The translations under genes were made by a program, and so were the position numbers. Shown piece after piece: positions 19,775 to 29,698 of a DNA stretch of 64,000 nucleotides. The stretch spans positions 418,435-482,434 of the forward strand of contig CAVVCK010000001.1 of the NCBI GenBank assembly GCA_963746775.1. The letters run 5' to 3'. The notes under the pieces were generated by a model. That model had not been told where the DNA came from. It did no database searches and was given only the letters and a program-made list of their open reading frames with translations. The stretch is from an uncultured bacterium (GTDB lineage Bacteria; Patescibacteriota; JABMPQ01; CAVVCK01). The number at the start of each line of letters is the position of its first letter. The first letter of the stretch is position 1.

Positions 19775-22348
19775 ATGGAAAATACCTCTGGTCTCTCTCA
19801 AAAAAGAGCTGAAATGCTCCTAAAAAATAATGGTTATAATGAATTACCTTCACAAAAAAATAAAAATAGTTTTTTAATTTTACTAAAGGTAATTTCCGAA
19901 CCGATGCTGCTTCTTTTAATTATAAGTGGTCTTATTTACTTTTTTTTGGGTGAAATACAAGATTCTTTAATGCTTCTAAGTTTCGTCTTAGTGGTTATAG
20001 GCATTACTTTTTATCAAGAAAGAAAAACAGAAAAAACCTTAATTGCCTTAAAAGAACTATCCAGCCCTAGAGTTTTAGTAATTAGAGATAATGAGCAGAA
20101 GATAGTTCCAGGGCGTGAAATAGTAAAAAATGACATTATTATTCTTCACGAAGGCAATAGAGTACCAGCCGATGCCGTTATTTTAGATTGTGAAAATTTA
20201 GCCATCGATGAATCCCTACTTACCGGAGAATCCATTCCTGTTAGAAAAACAAAATGGGATATGAAACTGAAAATACAAAGACCAGGAGGTAATGATTTAC
20301 CATTTATTTATTCTGGATCAATGGTAGTAAGCGGACAAGGAATAGCTAGAATTATTGCTACTGGTTCTAACACAGAGATAGGAAAAATTGGCAGAAGTAT
20401 TGAAGCAATCAAAGAAGAAGATACTCTCTTACACAAAGAAACAGCTAAAATAGTTCGTTTAATAGTTATTTTTGGCGCCCTACTTTGTTTATTAGTACTC
20501 TTAATTTATATTTTTATAAAAGACAATATTGTTCAGGGTTTATTAGCAAGCTTAACACTAGGCATGGCTATTCTTCCGGAAGAGTTTCCTGTCGTTTTGA
20601 TTATTTTCTTAACATTAGGAGCTTGGCGCATTTCAAAAAACAAAGTACTTACCAGACATCCGGCAGCCATAGAAACATTAGGAGCTACTACCATACTTTG
20701 TACTGATAAAACCGGTACTCTAACACTGAATAAAATGAGATTAATTAGTTTATATTCTCAAAACTCATTTTGTGGAATTAAAAATTATTCTACAGCTTAT
20801 AATTTGCCTGAAAAATTTCATAGCCTTTTAGAATATGGCATTTTAGCTAGTCAAAAAGATCCCTTTGACCCAATTGAAAAAGAACTAAATAAAACAGGTA
20901 ATTTATTTCTTAAAAATACTAAACATTTACATCAAAGTTGGTCTCTGAAGAAAGAATATCCTTTATCTAAAAACTTATTAGCAATATCACGTGTTTGGCA
21001 ATCTCCTGACCAGAAAAATTTCATCATTGCTTCCAAAGGAGCACCAGAAGCAATTTTTAATCTTTGCCATTTTAACTCTGCTCAAAAAAAAGAAGTGCTT
21101 CAAGAAGTAATAAAAATGTCTAATCAAGGTTTACGAATTTTAGGAGTGGCTAGAGCAAAATTTTCTCAAGATAGTCTTCCTAAAAATCAGCATGATTTCT
21201 CTTTTCAATTTATAGGTTTACTGGGTTTTATAGATCCAGCTCGTACCACTGCCCCCCAGGCAATAAAAGAAGCCTACAATGCTGGTATACGCGTTATTAT
21301 GATTACGGGTGATTATCCAGGAACTGCTCAATTCATAGCCAAAAAAATAGGCATTAATAATCCAGAACTATATATTACCGGCGAAGAATTAGAAAAAATG
21401 AATCATCTTGAATTAAGAAAAAGAATTAAGAAAACTAATATTTTTGCCCGAGTCATCCCTGAACAAAAGTTATTGATTGTTAACGCCCTAAAAGCAAATA
21501 ATGAAATAGTAACCATGACCGGCGATGGTGTTAATGATGCTCCAGCCCTAAAATCTGCTCATGTCGGCATTGCTATGGGAGAGCGTGGAACAGATGTTGC
21601 CCGCGAAGCATCCTCGCTAGTTCTTTTAAATGATGATTTTTCTTCAATTATAACCGCCGTAAGGTTAGGAAGAAGAATCTTTGATAATATTAAAAGAGCT
21701 ATGGGCTATATCTTAGCTGTTCACATACCTATCGCTGGCATTTCAATTCTTCCTCTTTTTTTTGACCTACCGATTATTTTGCTGCCAGCTCATATTGCTT
21801 TTTTAGAATTAATTATAGATCCAGCCTGCTCGGTTGTTTTTGAATCAGCTAAAGAAGATAAACAAATAATGAATAGGCCGCCCCGCAATCTTCACCATTC
21901 AATATTTAATTTTAAAACAGTTTCTATTAATATTTTACAAGGATTGGGTATATTACTGGCAATTTTTCTCTTGTTTCTCTTTACAATAAAATCAGGTATG
22001 GGAGAATACGAAGCTCGTTCTTTTGCTTTTACATCCTTAGTTTTGGCTAATATAGCACTTATTATAACTAATCTTTCTTGGGAAAAAAATATTTACCAAA
22101 TACTACGATCAGCTAATAAAACTTTATTTATAATTATTGGTAGTGCACTTATCTGTCTGCTTGGAATATTATACATACCCTTTTTAAATAATATTTTCCA
22201 TTTGGTTCCTCTTCATTTAAATGATCTTGCTCTTGTTGGTTTGATTGTTTTTGTTAGTTTAGCTTGGTTCGAAATATTTAAATACTACAAATATAAATTA
22301 AATCTTAATAATTATTTATCAAATAAAATTAAGAACTTAAACATTTAA
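19775..22348 (+). CDS. calcium/cation-translocating P-type ATPase (P2-type)
   Basis: ILCTDKTGTLTLNKM, TGDYPGTA, GDGVNDAPALKSAHVGIAMG. N-terminal GLSQKRAEMLLKNNGYNEL. 857 aa. Confidence 0.85.
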   Translation: MENTSGLSQKRAEMLLKNNGYNELPSQKNKNSFLILLKVISEPMLLLLIISGLIYFFLGEIQDSLMLLSFVLVVIGITFYQERKTEKTLIALKELSSPRVLVIRDNEQKIVPGREIVKNDIIILHEGNRVPADAVILDCENLAIDESLLTGESIPVRKTKWDMKLKIQRPGGNDLPFIYSGSMVVSGQGIARIIATGSNTEIGKIGRSIEAIKEEDTLLHKETAKIVRLIVIFGALLCLLVLLIYIFIKDNIVQGLLASLTLGMAILPEEFPVVLIIFLTLGAWRISKNKVLTRHPAAIETLGATTILCTDKTGTLTLNKMRLISLYSQNSFCGIKNYSTAYNLPEKFHSLLEYGILASQKDPFDPIEKELNKTGNLFLKNTKHLHQSWSLKKEYPLSKNLLAISRVWQSPDQKNFIIASKGAPEAIFNLCHFNSAQKKEVLQEVIKMSNQGLRILGVARAKFSQDSLPKNQHDFSFQFIGLLGFIDPARTTAPQAIKEAYNAGIRVIMITGDYPGTAQFIAKKIGINNPELYITGEELEKMNHLELRKRIKKTNIFARVIPEQKLLIVNALKANNEIVTMTGDGVNDAPALKSAHVGIAMGERGTDVAREASSLVLLNDDFSSIITAVRLGRRIFDNIKRAMGYILAVHIPIAGISILPLFFDLPIILLPAHIAFLELIIDPACSVVFESAKEDKQIMNRPPRNLHHSIFNFKTVSINILQGLGILLAIFLLFLFTIKSGMGEYEARSFAFTSLVLANIALIITNLSWEKNIYQILRSANKTLFIIIGSALICLLGILYIPFLNNIFHLVPLHLNDLALVGLIVFVSLAWFEIFKYYKYKLNLNNYLSNKIKNLNI

Positions 22349-22383
22349 TATTTGTAACTTATCTCTAGCCTATATTATAAATT

Positions 22384-24234
22384 CTATTTTCCATTTCTCT
22401 TATTATAAAGTATATTGTATCCCCTCTCAAAAGCCTCAATCGAGGCTACTATTACATCTGGAGAAGTAGCGGTCGCAATAACTCTGTTGTCCTTATCATC
22501 TTTCAAACTCATGGAAACTTCCACCGTCGCATCAGTTCCTTTCTGATCAATTTTTACATCAAAATCTGTTAACCAATATTTCATTAACTTTTCTTTTTTA
22601 ATAACTGCCCGAACTGCTCTCATTATAGCATCAACCGGGCCTACACCTTTAGCTTTGTCCGTACTTACACATTTATTTTTTATACAAACTTTAACTTCTG
22701 CTACTGCCTTATCATTTTTAGAAGTAGATACTTCAAAATCTTCTATCTTAATTAATTTCTTTGAATCCGGTACAGTTTTTAGAACATCTTCTATAATATG
22801 TTGCAAATCTGACCCTACCATTTCTTTTCCTTTCTTGAAAAAACTCTCTATTTCATTATATGTGGCACTTAAATACTCTTTATTTAAATCCAGGCCAAAA
22901 TCTTTATTTATTACTCTCTTTAATTGTCCCAAACTAGGTTTCTTAGACCAAAGTTCTTTTACTTTATCTTTTTCTACCGTTCCTTTAATATTATATAATT
23001 TCATTTTCAAATAGCTATCTACTTCAGACATCTTTGGTTCAATCGAGGGTGGAGAAGGCAAAATTTTCAACATAGTTAAAGGATCTTTTAATCCATTGCC
23101 AGTACAAACACAAACAACCACGTCATCTTTTTTAATTTTCTTTTGTTTCACCATTTTATGTAGTGCAGCTAGAGGCAACGCTGCCGAAGGTTCAACAAAA
23201 ATTGATTCTTTCTCCGCTAATTCTTTTTCAGCATTTAGCGTATCTTCATCTGTTACTTCAATTGCCTCACCACGAGTTCCATAAATAGCCTTTAATAACT
23301 TTAAGCCATCCAGGGGCATACTAACCGCTACTGCCGATGACACGGTACTAGGTTTTTCTATAGCTTTCATTGTTTTAGATTTTCTCTTAAATGCCTCAAC
23401 TACTACATTGGCACCCTCAGGTTGCACACCAACAACTTTGGGCAACTTATCAATAAATCCTAATTCATACATTTCTCTAAATCCTTTATAGATAGCTGAC
23501 AAATTTGTACCACAACCAACCGGAGCTATCACCCAATCAGGAGACTTCCAGTAAAGCTGTTCGGCTATTTCATAGCCTTGCGATTTCTGTCCTTCTCCGC
23601 GAAAAACATAATCTCCAGCTAAATAAAATCCATATTTATGAGCAATTTCTTCAGTTAATTTAGCACACTCAGTATAAGTTCCCCTCACCTGAATTACTCT
23701 GGCACCATAAGCTAGAGTTTGAGCTAGTTTTCCCAAGGGAGTTCCTTCAGGTACTACAATATAAGCGGGAATTCCTGCTTGAGCGGCATAAGCAGCCACA
23801 GATGCTGCCATATTCCCAGTTGAGGCGGTAATAATAGCTTCTGCCCCCATTTCCATAGCCTTAGTCATTTCTACCATCGTTCCTCTATCTTTAAAGCCCC
23901 CTGTAGGATTAGAAGTTTCATCTTTAAAATATAATTTATTTAAACCAAGTTTCTTACCTATTTGTTTGCTTCTTTTTAAGGGCGTTCCTCCTTCATTAAG
24001 GCTGACTAATTTATTTAAATCCATAATAGGATAAAAACTCATATATTTAGCCGATGAAAGTGGTGTATTTTTTAGTGAATAAAAATTAAGCCTGCTCTTT
24101 ATATATTCATAATCATATTCAACATCCAAGGGTCCGCCACACTTCAGACAATGAGAAGTTGTTTCCTCTTCTTTAAAATATTTTCCACAGTTTGCACACT
24201 TTAATTTATAAAATTTTTCTTGTTTGGTTGTCAT
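22384..24234 (-). CDS. thrC: threonine synthase with N-terminal Zn-ribbon and a C-terminal LeuA-dimerisation/regulatory-like domain (unusual fusion)
   Basis: PLP-lysine motif NPTGGFKDRGTMV and Cys4 N-terminus (CANCG...CLKCGG). The C-terminal ~150 aa (KAKGVGPVDAIMRAVRAV...TDFDVKI...GTDATVEVSMSL...SPDVIVASIEAFERGYN) resemble the LeuA_dimer allosteric domain. Confidence 0.7.
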   Translation of the reverse strand: MTTKQEKFYKLKCANCGKYFKEEETTSHCLKCGGPLDVEYDYEYIKSRLNFYSLKNTPLSSAKYMSFYPIMDLNKLVSLNEGGTPLKRSKQIGKKLGLNKLYFKDETSNPTGGFKDRGTMVEMTKAMEMGAEAIITASTGNMAASVAAYAAQAGIPAYIVVPEGTPLGKLAQTLAYGARVIQVRGTYTECAKLTEEIAHKYGFYLAGDYVFRGEGQKSQGYEIAEQLYWKSPDWVIAPVGCGTNLSAIYKGFREMYELGFIDKLPKVVGVQPEGANVVVEAFKRKSKTMKAIEKPSTVSSAVAVSMPLDGLKLLKAIYGTRGEAIEVTDEDTLNAEKELAEKESIFVEPSAALPLAALHKMVKQKKIKKDDVVVCVCTGNGLKDPLTMLKILPSPPSIEPKMSEVDSYLKMKLYNIKGTVEKDKVKELWSKKPSLGQLKRVINKDFGLDLNKEYLSATYNEIESFFKKGKEMVGSDLQHIIEDVLKTVPDSKKLIKIEDFEVSTSKNDKAVAEVKVCIKNKCVSTDKAKGVGPVDAIMRAVRAVIKKEKLMKYWLTDFDVKIDQKGTDATVEVSMSLKDDKDNRVIATATSPDVIVASIEAFERGYNILYNKRNGK

Positions 24235-24599
24235 AATTTTTTTAGTAGTTGAAATTGGTTATTTGGAAGATAGATATTAGTAATAGAAATTAGATAACAG
24301 AAAATGGTAAACAAATTTCCAATCTCTATTTTCTATTACCATTTTCTAATTTTTAAACAGCAATTTACTTGTATATTTATTAATATTATTCATATTAATT
24401 AGCATATTGGCATTGTGTTATTAGTATATAAAAATGCCACCTATTACGGTGGCTTATACTAAACAAAAAATTCCAGGTAAGCCACCTAGGCAGCAATAAT
24501 AATTAAATTTATAATCCAAAATATTCTTTTCAACTTTTTTCTAATATTTCATTATCTTCTTCTATACCTTACACATTATTTTATCCATCGTCAAGAAAT

Positions 24600-24628
24600 A
24601 TTGAAACTAGCACTAATATATGCTATAA
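24600..24628 (+). promoter_or_regulatory. sigma70-type promoter TTGAAA-17-TGcTATAAT (extended -10) upstream of the M23 peptidase gene
   Basis: TTGAAA at 24600-24605. TATAAT at 24623-24628, preceded by TG. The start codon is 83 bp downstream. Confidence 0.55.
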
Positions 24629-24710
24629 TATTAATAAGTAATATGCTTCCAGTACTTAACAAAATTTTTAAGTACAAATATGCCCTTACAGGGTATAAAA
24701 CAAAAATAAA

Positions 24711-26243
24711 ATGAAATTTAATTTTTTATCTAAATTAAGCTTTAAATCGGTTGTATTTTTATTGTTTTCTTTGTCTTTTTTCCCTTTAATAACTATTAAA
24801 GCCAGTGATCTTCCCTCTAATATGGCTTATCCAGTTGATAATTGGAGAATTGTCCAAGATGGAGGAGAATTTGGTTATGAGAGAGAAGATAAAACATTCC
24901 ATTTGGGCGCAGATTGTCCTAAATCTGCCGGAGAAGCGGTATATGCTTTTATGGATGGTGTAGTAAAACACGTTGGAATTCATAGCCGTTTTGGTACTGT
25001 AATTTTAATAGAACACACTCTAAACGAAGAAAAAATAGTTTCCCTTTATGGCCATTTACGTGGAATTGACGTTGAAGTAACTGAAGGCCAGAAAGTAACC
25101 AAAGGTCAATTAATCGGACATATTGGCGCTTCAGGTCCTGAAAATGGCTATTGGTCGGAACATTTACATTTTGGAATTAGAAAAGGTGAATATGTTAATG
25201 TTAAATCACAGTGGGTTTATTGGGGCTTAGGGAGTGAAGAAGAGTTAGCTAATTGGTATAATCCTGCTATATTTTTAGGAGAAGGTTATAAAAATTTAAT
25301 AGACATTAAACAGACAAGTAGAATTGTTACCATTCCAGGGCTTGGAGGTAATACTCAAGCTAAATTATTTGATAAATATGGTAATAAAATAGAAAATTCT
25401 GATATTTATGCCTCTAGCCATAATTTTGATGGAGGAGGAGATGCTGTCTTCGGTAAAACTGACGGTAATGATAATGTTGAAGAAATTATTATTGGAGCTG
25501 GTGTAGGAGACAAGCCTTATGTTAAAATATATGATAAAAGTACTAAAGAACTCATTAGAAAATTTTTAGCCTATAATGAGAGTTTTATGGGTGGTGTTAG
25601 AGTAGCTTCTGGTGATTTAGATGGAGATGGAATAGATGAAATTATTACCGGAGCTGGTCCTGGCGGAGCACCTCATGTTAGAGTTTTTGATAATTTAGGA
25701 AATGTTATTTATGGAAAATTATTTCCTTTTGGTGAAAATCTAAAAACTGGTGCTGATGTTGCTACAGGAGATATAGATGGTGACGGTCGAGATGAAATTG
25801 TTGCCTCTCAAGGTCCAGGTAATGAACCAAAAGTAGCCATCATTAACGAAAATGGAAAAACTGAAAATGAATTCCTAGCTTATAATAAAAATTTCAAGGG
25901 CGGAGTAAGAGTAGCTACTGGTGATATTGACCGTGATAGCGAAGATGAAATTATAACTGGTGCTGGTCCCGGCGGCGGACCTCACGTGAGAATTTTTGAG
26001 GCTGATGGTAAACCGAGAGGTATAGATTTTTTCCCTTTTTCCCCTAGCTTCAGAGGTGGTGTAGATGTAAGTTCTATTGATTATGATCAAGACGGTAAAG
26101 ATGAAATAATTATGACACAAGCATCAGGAGGACAAGCTTGGGTCAAAATATATAGATATAATGATGAGAAAACTGTTTACGCAAATTTTTTAGCCTACCC
26201 GGAATATTTTGAAGGCGGAACTTATGTTTCAGGTTTAGAATAA
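24711..26243 (+). CDS. secreted M23 (LytM-type) metallopeptidase with C-terminal FG-GAP repeat beta-propeller
   Basis: Signal peptide. M23 motifs HLGADCP...YGHL...GHIGASG...HLHFGI. At least five repeats of the form GDxDGDGxDEIITGAGPGGxPHVRxF (FG-GAP). Confidence 0.75.
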   Translation: MKFNFLSKLSFKSVVFLLFSLSFFPLITIKASDLPSNMAYPVDNWRIVQDGGEFGYEREDKTFHLGADCPKSAGEAVYAFMDGVVKHVGIHSRFGTVILIEHTLNEEKIVSLYGHLRGIDVEVTEGQKVTKGQLIGHIGASGPENGYWSEHLHFGIRKGEYVNVKSQWVYWGLGSEEELANWYNPAIFLGEGYKNLIDIKQTSRIVTIPGLGGNTQAKLFDKYGNKIENSDIYASSHNFDGGGDAVFGKTDGNDNVEEIIIGAGVGDKPYVKIYDKSTKELIRKFLAYNESFMGGVRVASGDLDGDGIDEIITGAGPGGAPHVRVFDNLGNVIYGKLFPFGENLKTGADVATGDIDGDGRDEIVASQGPGNEPKVAIINENGKTENEFLAYNKNFKGGVRVATGDIDRDSEDEIITGAGPGGGPHVRIFEADGKPRGIDFFPFSPSFRGGVDVSSIDYDQDGKDEIIMTQASGGQAWVKIYRYNDEKTVYANFLAYPEYFEGGTYVSGLE

Positions 26244-26289
26244 TTCTTCTAAAAATTATTCTATAAAATAAAAATAAAAATCCATAAAA

Positions 26290-27537
26290 ATGAAAATAAA
26301 AATCTCTTTATTCCTACTTCTAAACTTACTAGCCATATTTACTTTAATAAATTTGACTTCAGCTTCAACCATTGATCAATTACAGCCTGCCGCTTATACA
26401 ATCAATGAAGATTTAACAGTAAATGGAACTGGTATCTTTAATTCCATTAAAATAGGTAAACAAAACGAAGGAGGTGTAACTTTCTTTAATGGTTCTATTG
26501 TTAACGCTACAACTACTGACGGAATCGATAATCCTATAGCTTTTGCCGATAATATAAGGATAGATGGCATTTTATTCAGAACAGAAGAAGGTGGTAATAA
26601 CCCTTTAAAAATAGGTGATACTCTGAAACCTAATAGTGATAATAGTTATGATATAGGACAAACAGACTCTCAGTGGAGAAATGCTTACTTCACCGGCACT
26701 GTTAGTGTTGGCAATTTACAAGGATCAAAAATAATTCATCCAGACAATCTAGCTACTTCTAATTCTGCTTCCTCAGGACAAGTTTTGTCATATAATTCCG
26801 AGGGTAATCTAGAATGGATTCCAGTCGCAGGAAATAGCGGTGATATAACTGCAGTTAGCGCCGGTTCTGGTTTATCGGGCGGTGGAACATCAGGTGATGT
26901 ATCTTTAAGCGTCTCTAGCACTGGCATAACTAATACTATGCTAGCAAACAATGCGGTAACTTCAGCTAAAATACAGGATGGCACCATAGCAGGAGCCGAT
27001 CTTACTTCTAGTTATCAATCAGGTTCTGCCTATGATAGTCGATTCGTAACCCAATCTTCTCCTTCCTGGAGTTCTAGAACTGGTTATGTAAGTGTGGCTC
27101 CCGGCGCCTTCACCCCTAAAAAGAACTATTATGATACTGATCCAGGAGGAAGTACTGATTATAATTATACACATCTAGGATATAAGTTAACTGGTACAAA
27201 TGTTGCCGCTGAAAAATATTATGCCCAAGTTGATCTCCCTCATGGATCTACTATAGCAAGATTAGATTTTTATTACGATGATGACGATGCTTCTAAACAA
27301 GCTAGGTTAGACTTATTAGCACATAGCAGAGTAGCTGCTGCACCTAGTTATTTAGCTACTGTACAATCACCAACAGGAACTGATAGTGATGGTAGCAGTT
27401 ATGACGATACTATTTTAGATGTTTTGAAAACTATTGATAATAGTAGTTATAGTTATTATTTAGAATTAGGATTATCCTCTACAAACCTAAGTTATTATGG
27501 TGCTACTATAACTTATACTTATACAGAACCTTATTAA
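26290..27537 (+). CDS. secreted fibre/adhesin-like protein, paralog 1 of 3
   Basis: Signal peptide. Conserved N-module (DLTVNGT...GGVTFFNG...RIDG...W..AYF.G.V.VGNL.G). Tail-fibre-like ITNTMLANNAVTSAKIQDGTIAGADL repeats. C-terminal ITYTYTEPY. Confidence 0.6.
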   Translation: MKIKISLFLLLNLLAIFTLINLTSASTIDQLQPAAYTINEDLTVNGTGIFNSIKIGKQNEGGVTFFNGSIVNATTTDGIDNPIAFADNIRIDGILFRTEEGGNNPLKIGDTLKPNSDNSYDIGQTDSQWRNAYFTGTVSVGNLQGSKIIHPDNLATSNSASSGQVLSYNSEGNLEWIPVAGNSGDITAVSAGSGLSGGGTSGDVSLSVSSTGITNTMLANNAVTSAKIQDGTIAGADLTSSYQSGSAYDSRFVTQSSPSWSSRTGYVSVAPGAFTPKKNYYDTDPGGSTDYNYTHLGYKLTGTNVAAEKYYAQVDLPHGSTIARLDFYYDDDDASKQARLDLLAHSRVAAAPSYLATVQSPTGTDSDGSSYDDTILDVLKTIDNSSYSYYLELGLSSTNLSYYGATITYTYTEPY

Positions 27538-27616
27538 TAAAATGATTTTTAAAATTATAAAATTTTTGTTATAATAAATAATAATTTAAAAAGACTCTGC
27601 CAGATAAAAAAACAAA

Positions 27617-28690
27617 ATGAAAAAACTATTGCCTTTCCTAACAATTTTAGGCATCTTCGCTTTGGTGGATCTAGCCTCTGCTTCCCCCGCTACCGATCTT
27701 CAACCAGCTCAAACTATTACCTACAACGAGGATCTAACAGTTAATGGTACTGCCAGGTTTGATTCTGCTTACATTGGTAAAACTACCGGCGAAGGCGGAG
27801 TAACTTTTTTCAATGGTACCATGATTAATAATTCAGCAGGTAGTGTTCCTCTGACTATGGGTGATGACTTAAGAGTAGATGGTATGATTTGGAGAGGGCC
27901 TTCTAAAGGAACAGCTGATGATATGCCTTTAAAGATAGCCGATACGCTAATGCCTGCTCTAAATAATGTTAACGATATAGGGACGGAAGATAATCAGTGG
28001 AAAGATGCCTATTTTGCTGGTGAGGTAACTGTAGGTAATTTGTTAGGAACAGGAGTAATTCATACTAATAACCTAGCTACTACTAATGCTGCTTCAACTA
28101 ATCAAGTACTATCCTATAACGGAGAGGCTTTAGAATGGGTAAATGGAGGTGATATTACCGGAATTACTGCTGGAACAGGATTATCTGGCGGAGGAACAAG
28201 TGGAGAGGTGACGTTGAGGGTGGATGATGATTATGTTGTAACCCAGTCTTCACCTGAATGGGATGCTAGAACAGGAGAAGTAAATGTTGCACCAGCCGAT
28301 TGCACAGGAGGAAGTAATTCATCTAATTTTACTCTAGATGCCACACGTTTCTATGCAGGATCTGTAGCATTTTTCTACTGCCCAGTACATTTACCTAACG
28401 GGGCTAATATTACTAGTTTTACCGCTAATGTGGAAGACACACACGCATCAAATTTGACAATAACATTACAAAGAAATCAATTGACAGATGGTTCTCCTGT
28501 TACTCAAAATCTCGCTTCTGTAAATTCAAGTTCTAGCTCTGGAAAAGTATTGTTAACAGATTCTACTATTGATAATGCCACAGTTGATAATGATTATACT
28601 TATACGATTTGGTTAAACTTCGGTGCTGCTTCTTCATTATTATCCTTTGATGGAGCAAAAATCACTTATACCTATACAGAACCTTATTAA
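27617..28690 (+). CDS. secreted fibre/adhesin-like protein, paralog 2 of 3
   Basis: Same N-module and C-terminal KITYTYTEPY as paralog 1, with a divergent middle region. The signal-peptide coding sequence is near-identical to that of paralog 3. Confidence 0.6.
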   Translation: MKKLLPFLTILGIFALVDLASASPATDLQPAQTITYNEDLTVNGTARFDSAYIGKTTGEGGVTFFNGTMINNSAGSVPLTMGDDLRVDGMIWRGPSKGTADDMPLKIADTLMPALNNVNDIGTEDNQWKDAYFAGEVTVGNLLGTGVIHTNNLATTNAASTNQVLSYNGEALEWVNGGDITGITAGTGLSGGGTSGEVTLRVDDDYVVTQSSPEWDARTGEVNVAPADCTGGSNSSNFTLDATRFYAGSVAFFYCPVHLPNGANITSFTANVEDTHASNLTITLQRNQLTDGSPVTQNLASVNSSSSSGKVLLTDSTIDNATVDNDYTYTIWLNFGAASSLLSFDGAKITYTYTEPY

Positions 28691-28720
28691 TAAAAATATA
28701 AAATAATATAAAAAAACAAA

Positions 28721-29602
28721 ATGAAAAAACTATTGCCTTTCCTAACAATTTTGGGCATCTTTGTCTTAGCTGGTTTTGCTTCTGCCTCTACCGCTAATGA
28801 ATTACAACCTGCCTCATCACTTGTTGTTGATAAAGAACTACGAGTGCTTGGTACCGCTAGAGCCTATTCAATTCGTATCGGTGCTCAGGGATATGGTGGT
28901 GTAACTTTTTTTAATGGAACAATTATCAACGAAACCACGGATACAGATACAGGAACAGAAATGCCAGTAACTTTTGGTGATGATGTCAGAATAGATGGAC
29001 GTATTTGGAGAGGAGAAAATGCCGGACCAGGATTAAATGATGATCGTGAGCTTATTGTTAATGATGATATGGAGATAACTGGTGATTTAACTGTTAACAA
29101 TTTAGTTGGTACAGGAGTAGTAAATAGTAATAATATATTAGATGGGACAATAACTACTGCTGATTTGGCTGATAGTTCAATTACTAGTGCTAAACTTACT
29201 GATGGAACTATAATGGGTAGTGATATTTCAAGTTCTGCTGATTTAAGTGTAGCTACTGGTACTTTTTCGGGAGATATAACTGCCCACGGAGATATTATTC
29301 AGGATTTAGCTGACCATGGAGCAGCGAAAGCGTTAACTGTTATACATGAGGATGGAACATGCCCAACTCAATGGACATATAATGATAGTACTATAACTTG
29401 TGCAAGCATTGGTGCTGGAAATTATACTGCAACATTCACTTTTAATGTTTATAATAGATATAACCAGTTAACTGGATTACAATCTGATCCGCATTTCCTT
29501 AATTATAATGTAAACCTAGCTACACCAAAAGTTCTCTATATACGTAGCTACGATATTGCAGGAAATCCAGAAAATTCTAATGTTGTAATTTCTGTTTTCT
29601 AA
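28721..29602 (+). CDS. secreted fibre/adhesin-like protein, paralog 3 of 3 (shorter, divergent C-terminus)
   Basis: MKKLLPFLTILGIFVLAGFASAS signal peptide. Conserved GGVTFFNGTIINE...RIDGRIWRG module. ILDGTITTADLADSSITSAKLTDGTIMGSDI repeats. Confidence 0.6.
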   Translation: MKKLLPFLTILGIFVLAGFASASTANELQPASSLVVDKELRVLGTARAYSIRIGAQGYGGVTFFNGTIINETTDTDTGTEMPVTFGDDVRIDGRIWRGENAGPGLNDDRELIVNDDMEITGDLTVNNLVGTGVVNSNNILDGTITTADLADSSITSAKLTDGTIMGSDISSSADLSVATGTFSGDITAHGDIIQDLADHGAAKALTVIHEDGTCPTQWTYNDSTITCASIGAGNYTATFTFNVYNRYNQLTGLQSDPHFLNYNVNLATPKVLYIRSYDIAGNPENSNVVISVF

Positions 29603-29620
29603 ATAACTCACAAAAATATA

Positions 29621-29647
29621 AACCGTCTTCTTTAGACGGTTTTTTAT
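29621..29647 (+). terminator. rho-independent terminator ACCGTC-TTCTTTA-GACGGT + TTTTTATTT
   Basis: 6-bp GC stem plus T-run immediately after the third fibre-like gene. Confidence 0.8.
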
Positions 29648-29698
29648 TTCCAAATATAAAAATATAGTTATAATATAAGCATAAACTAAATAAAATTT

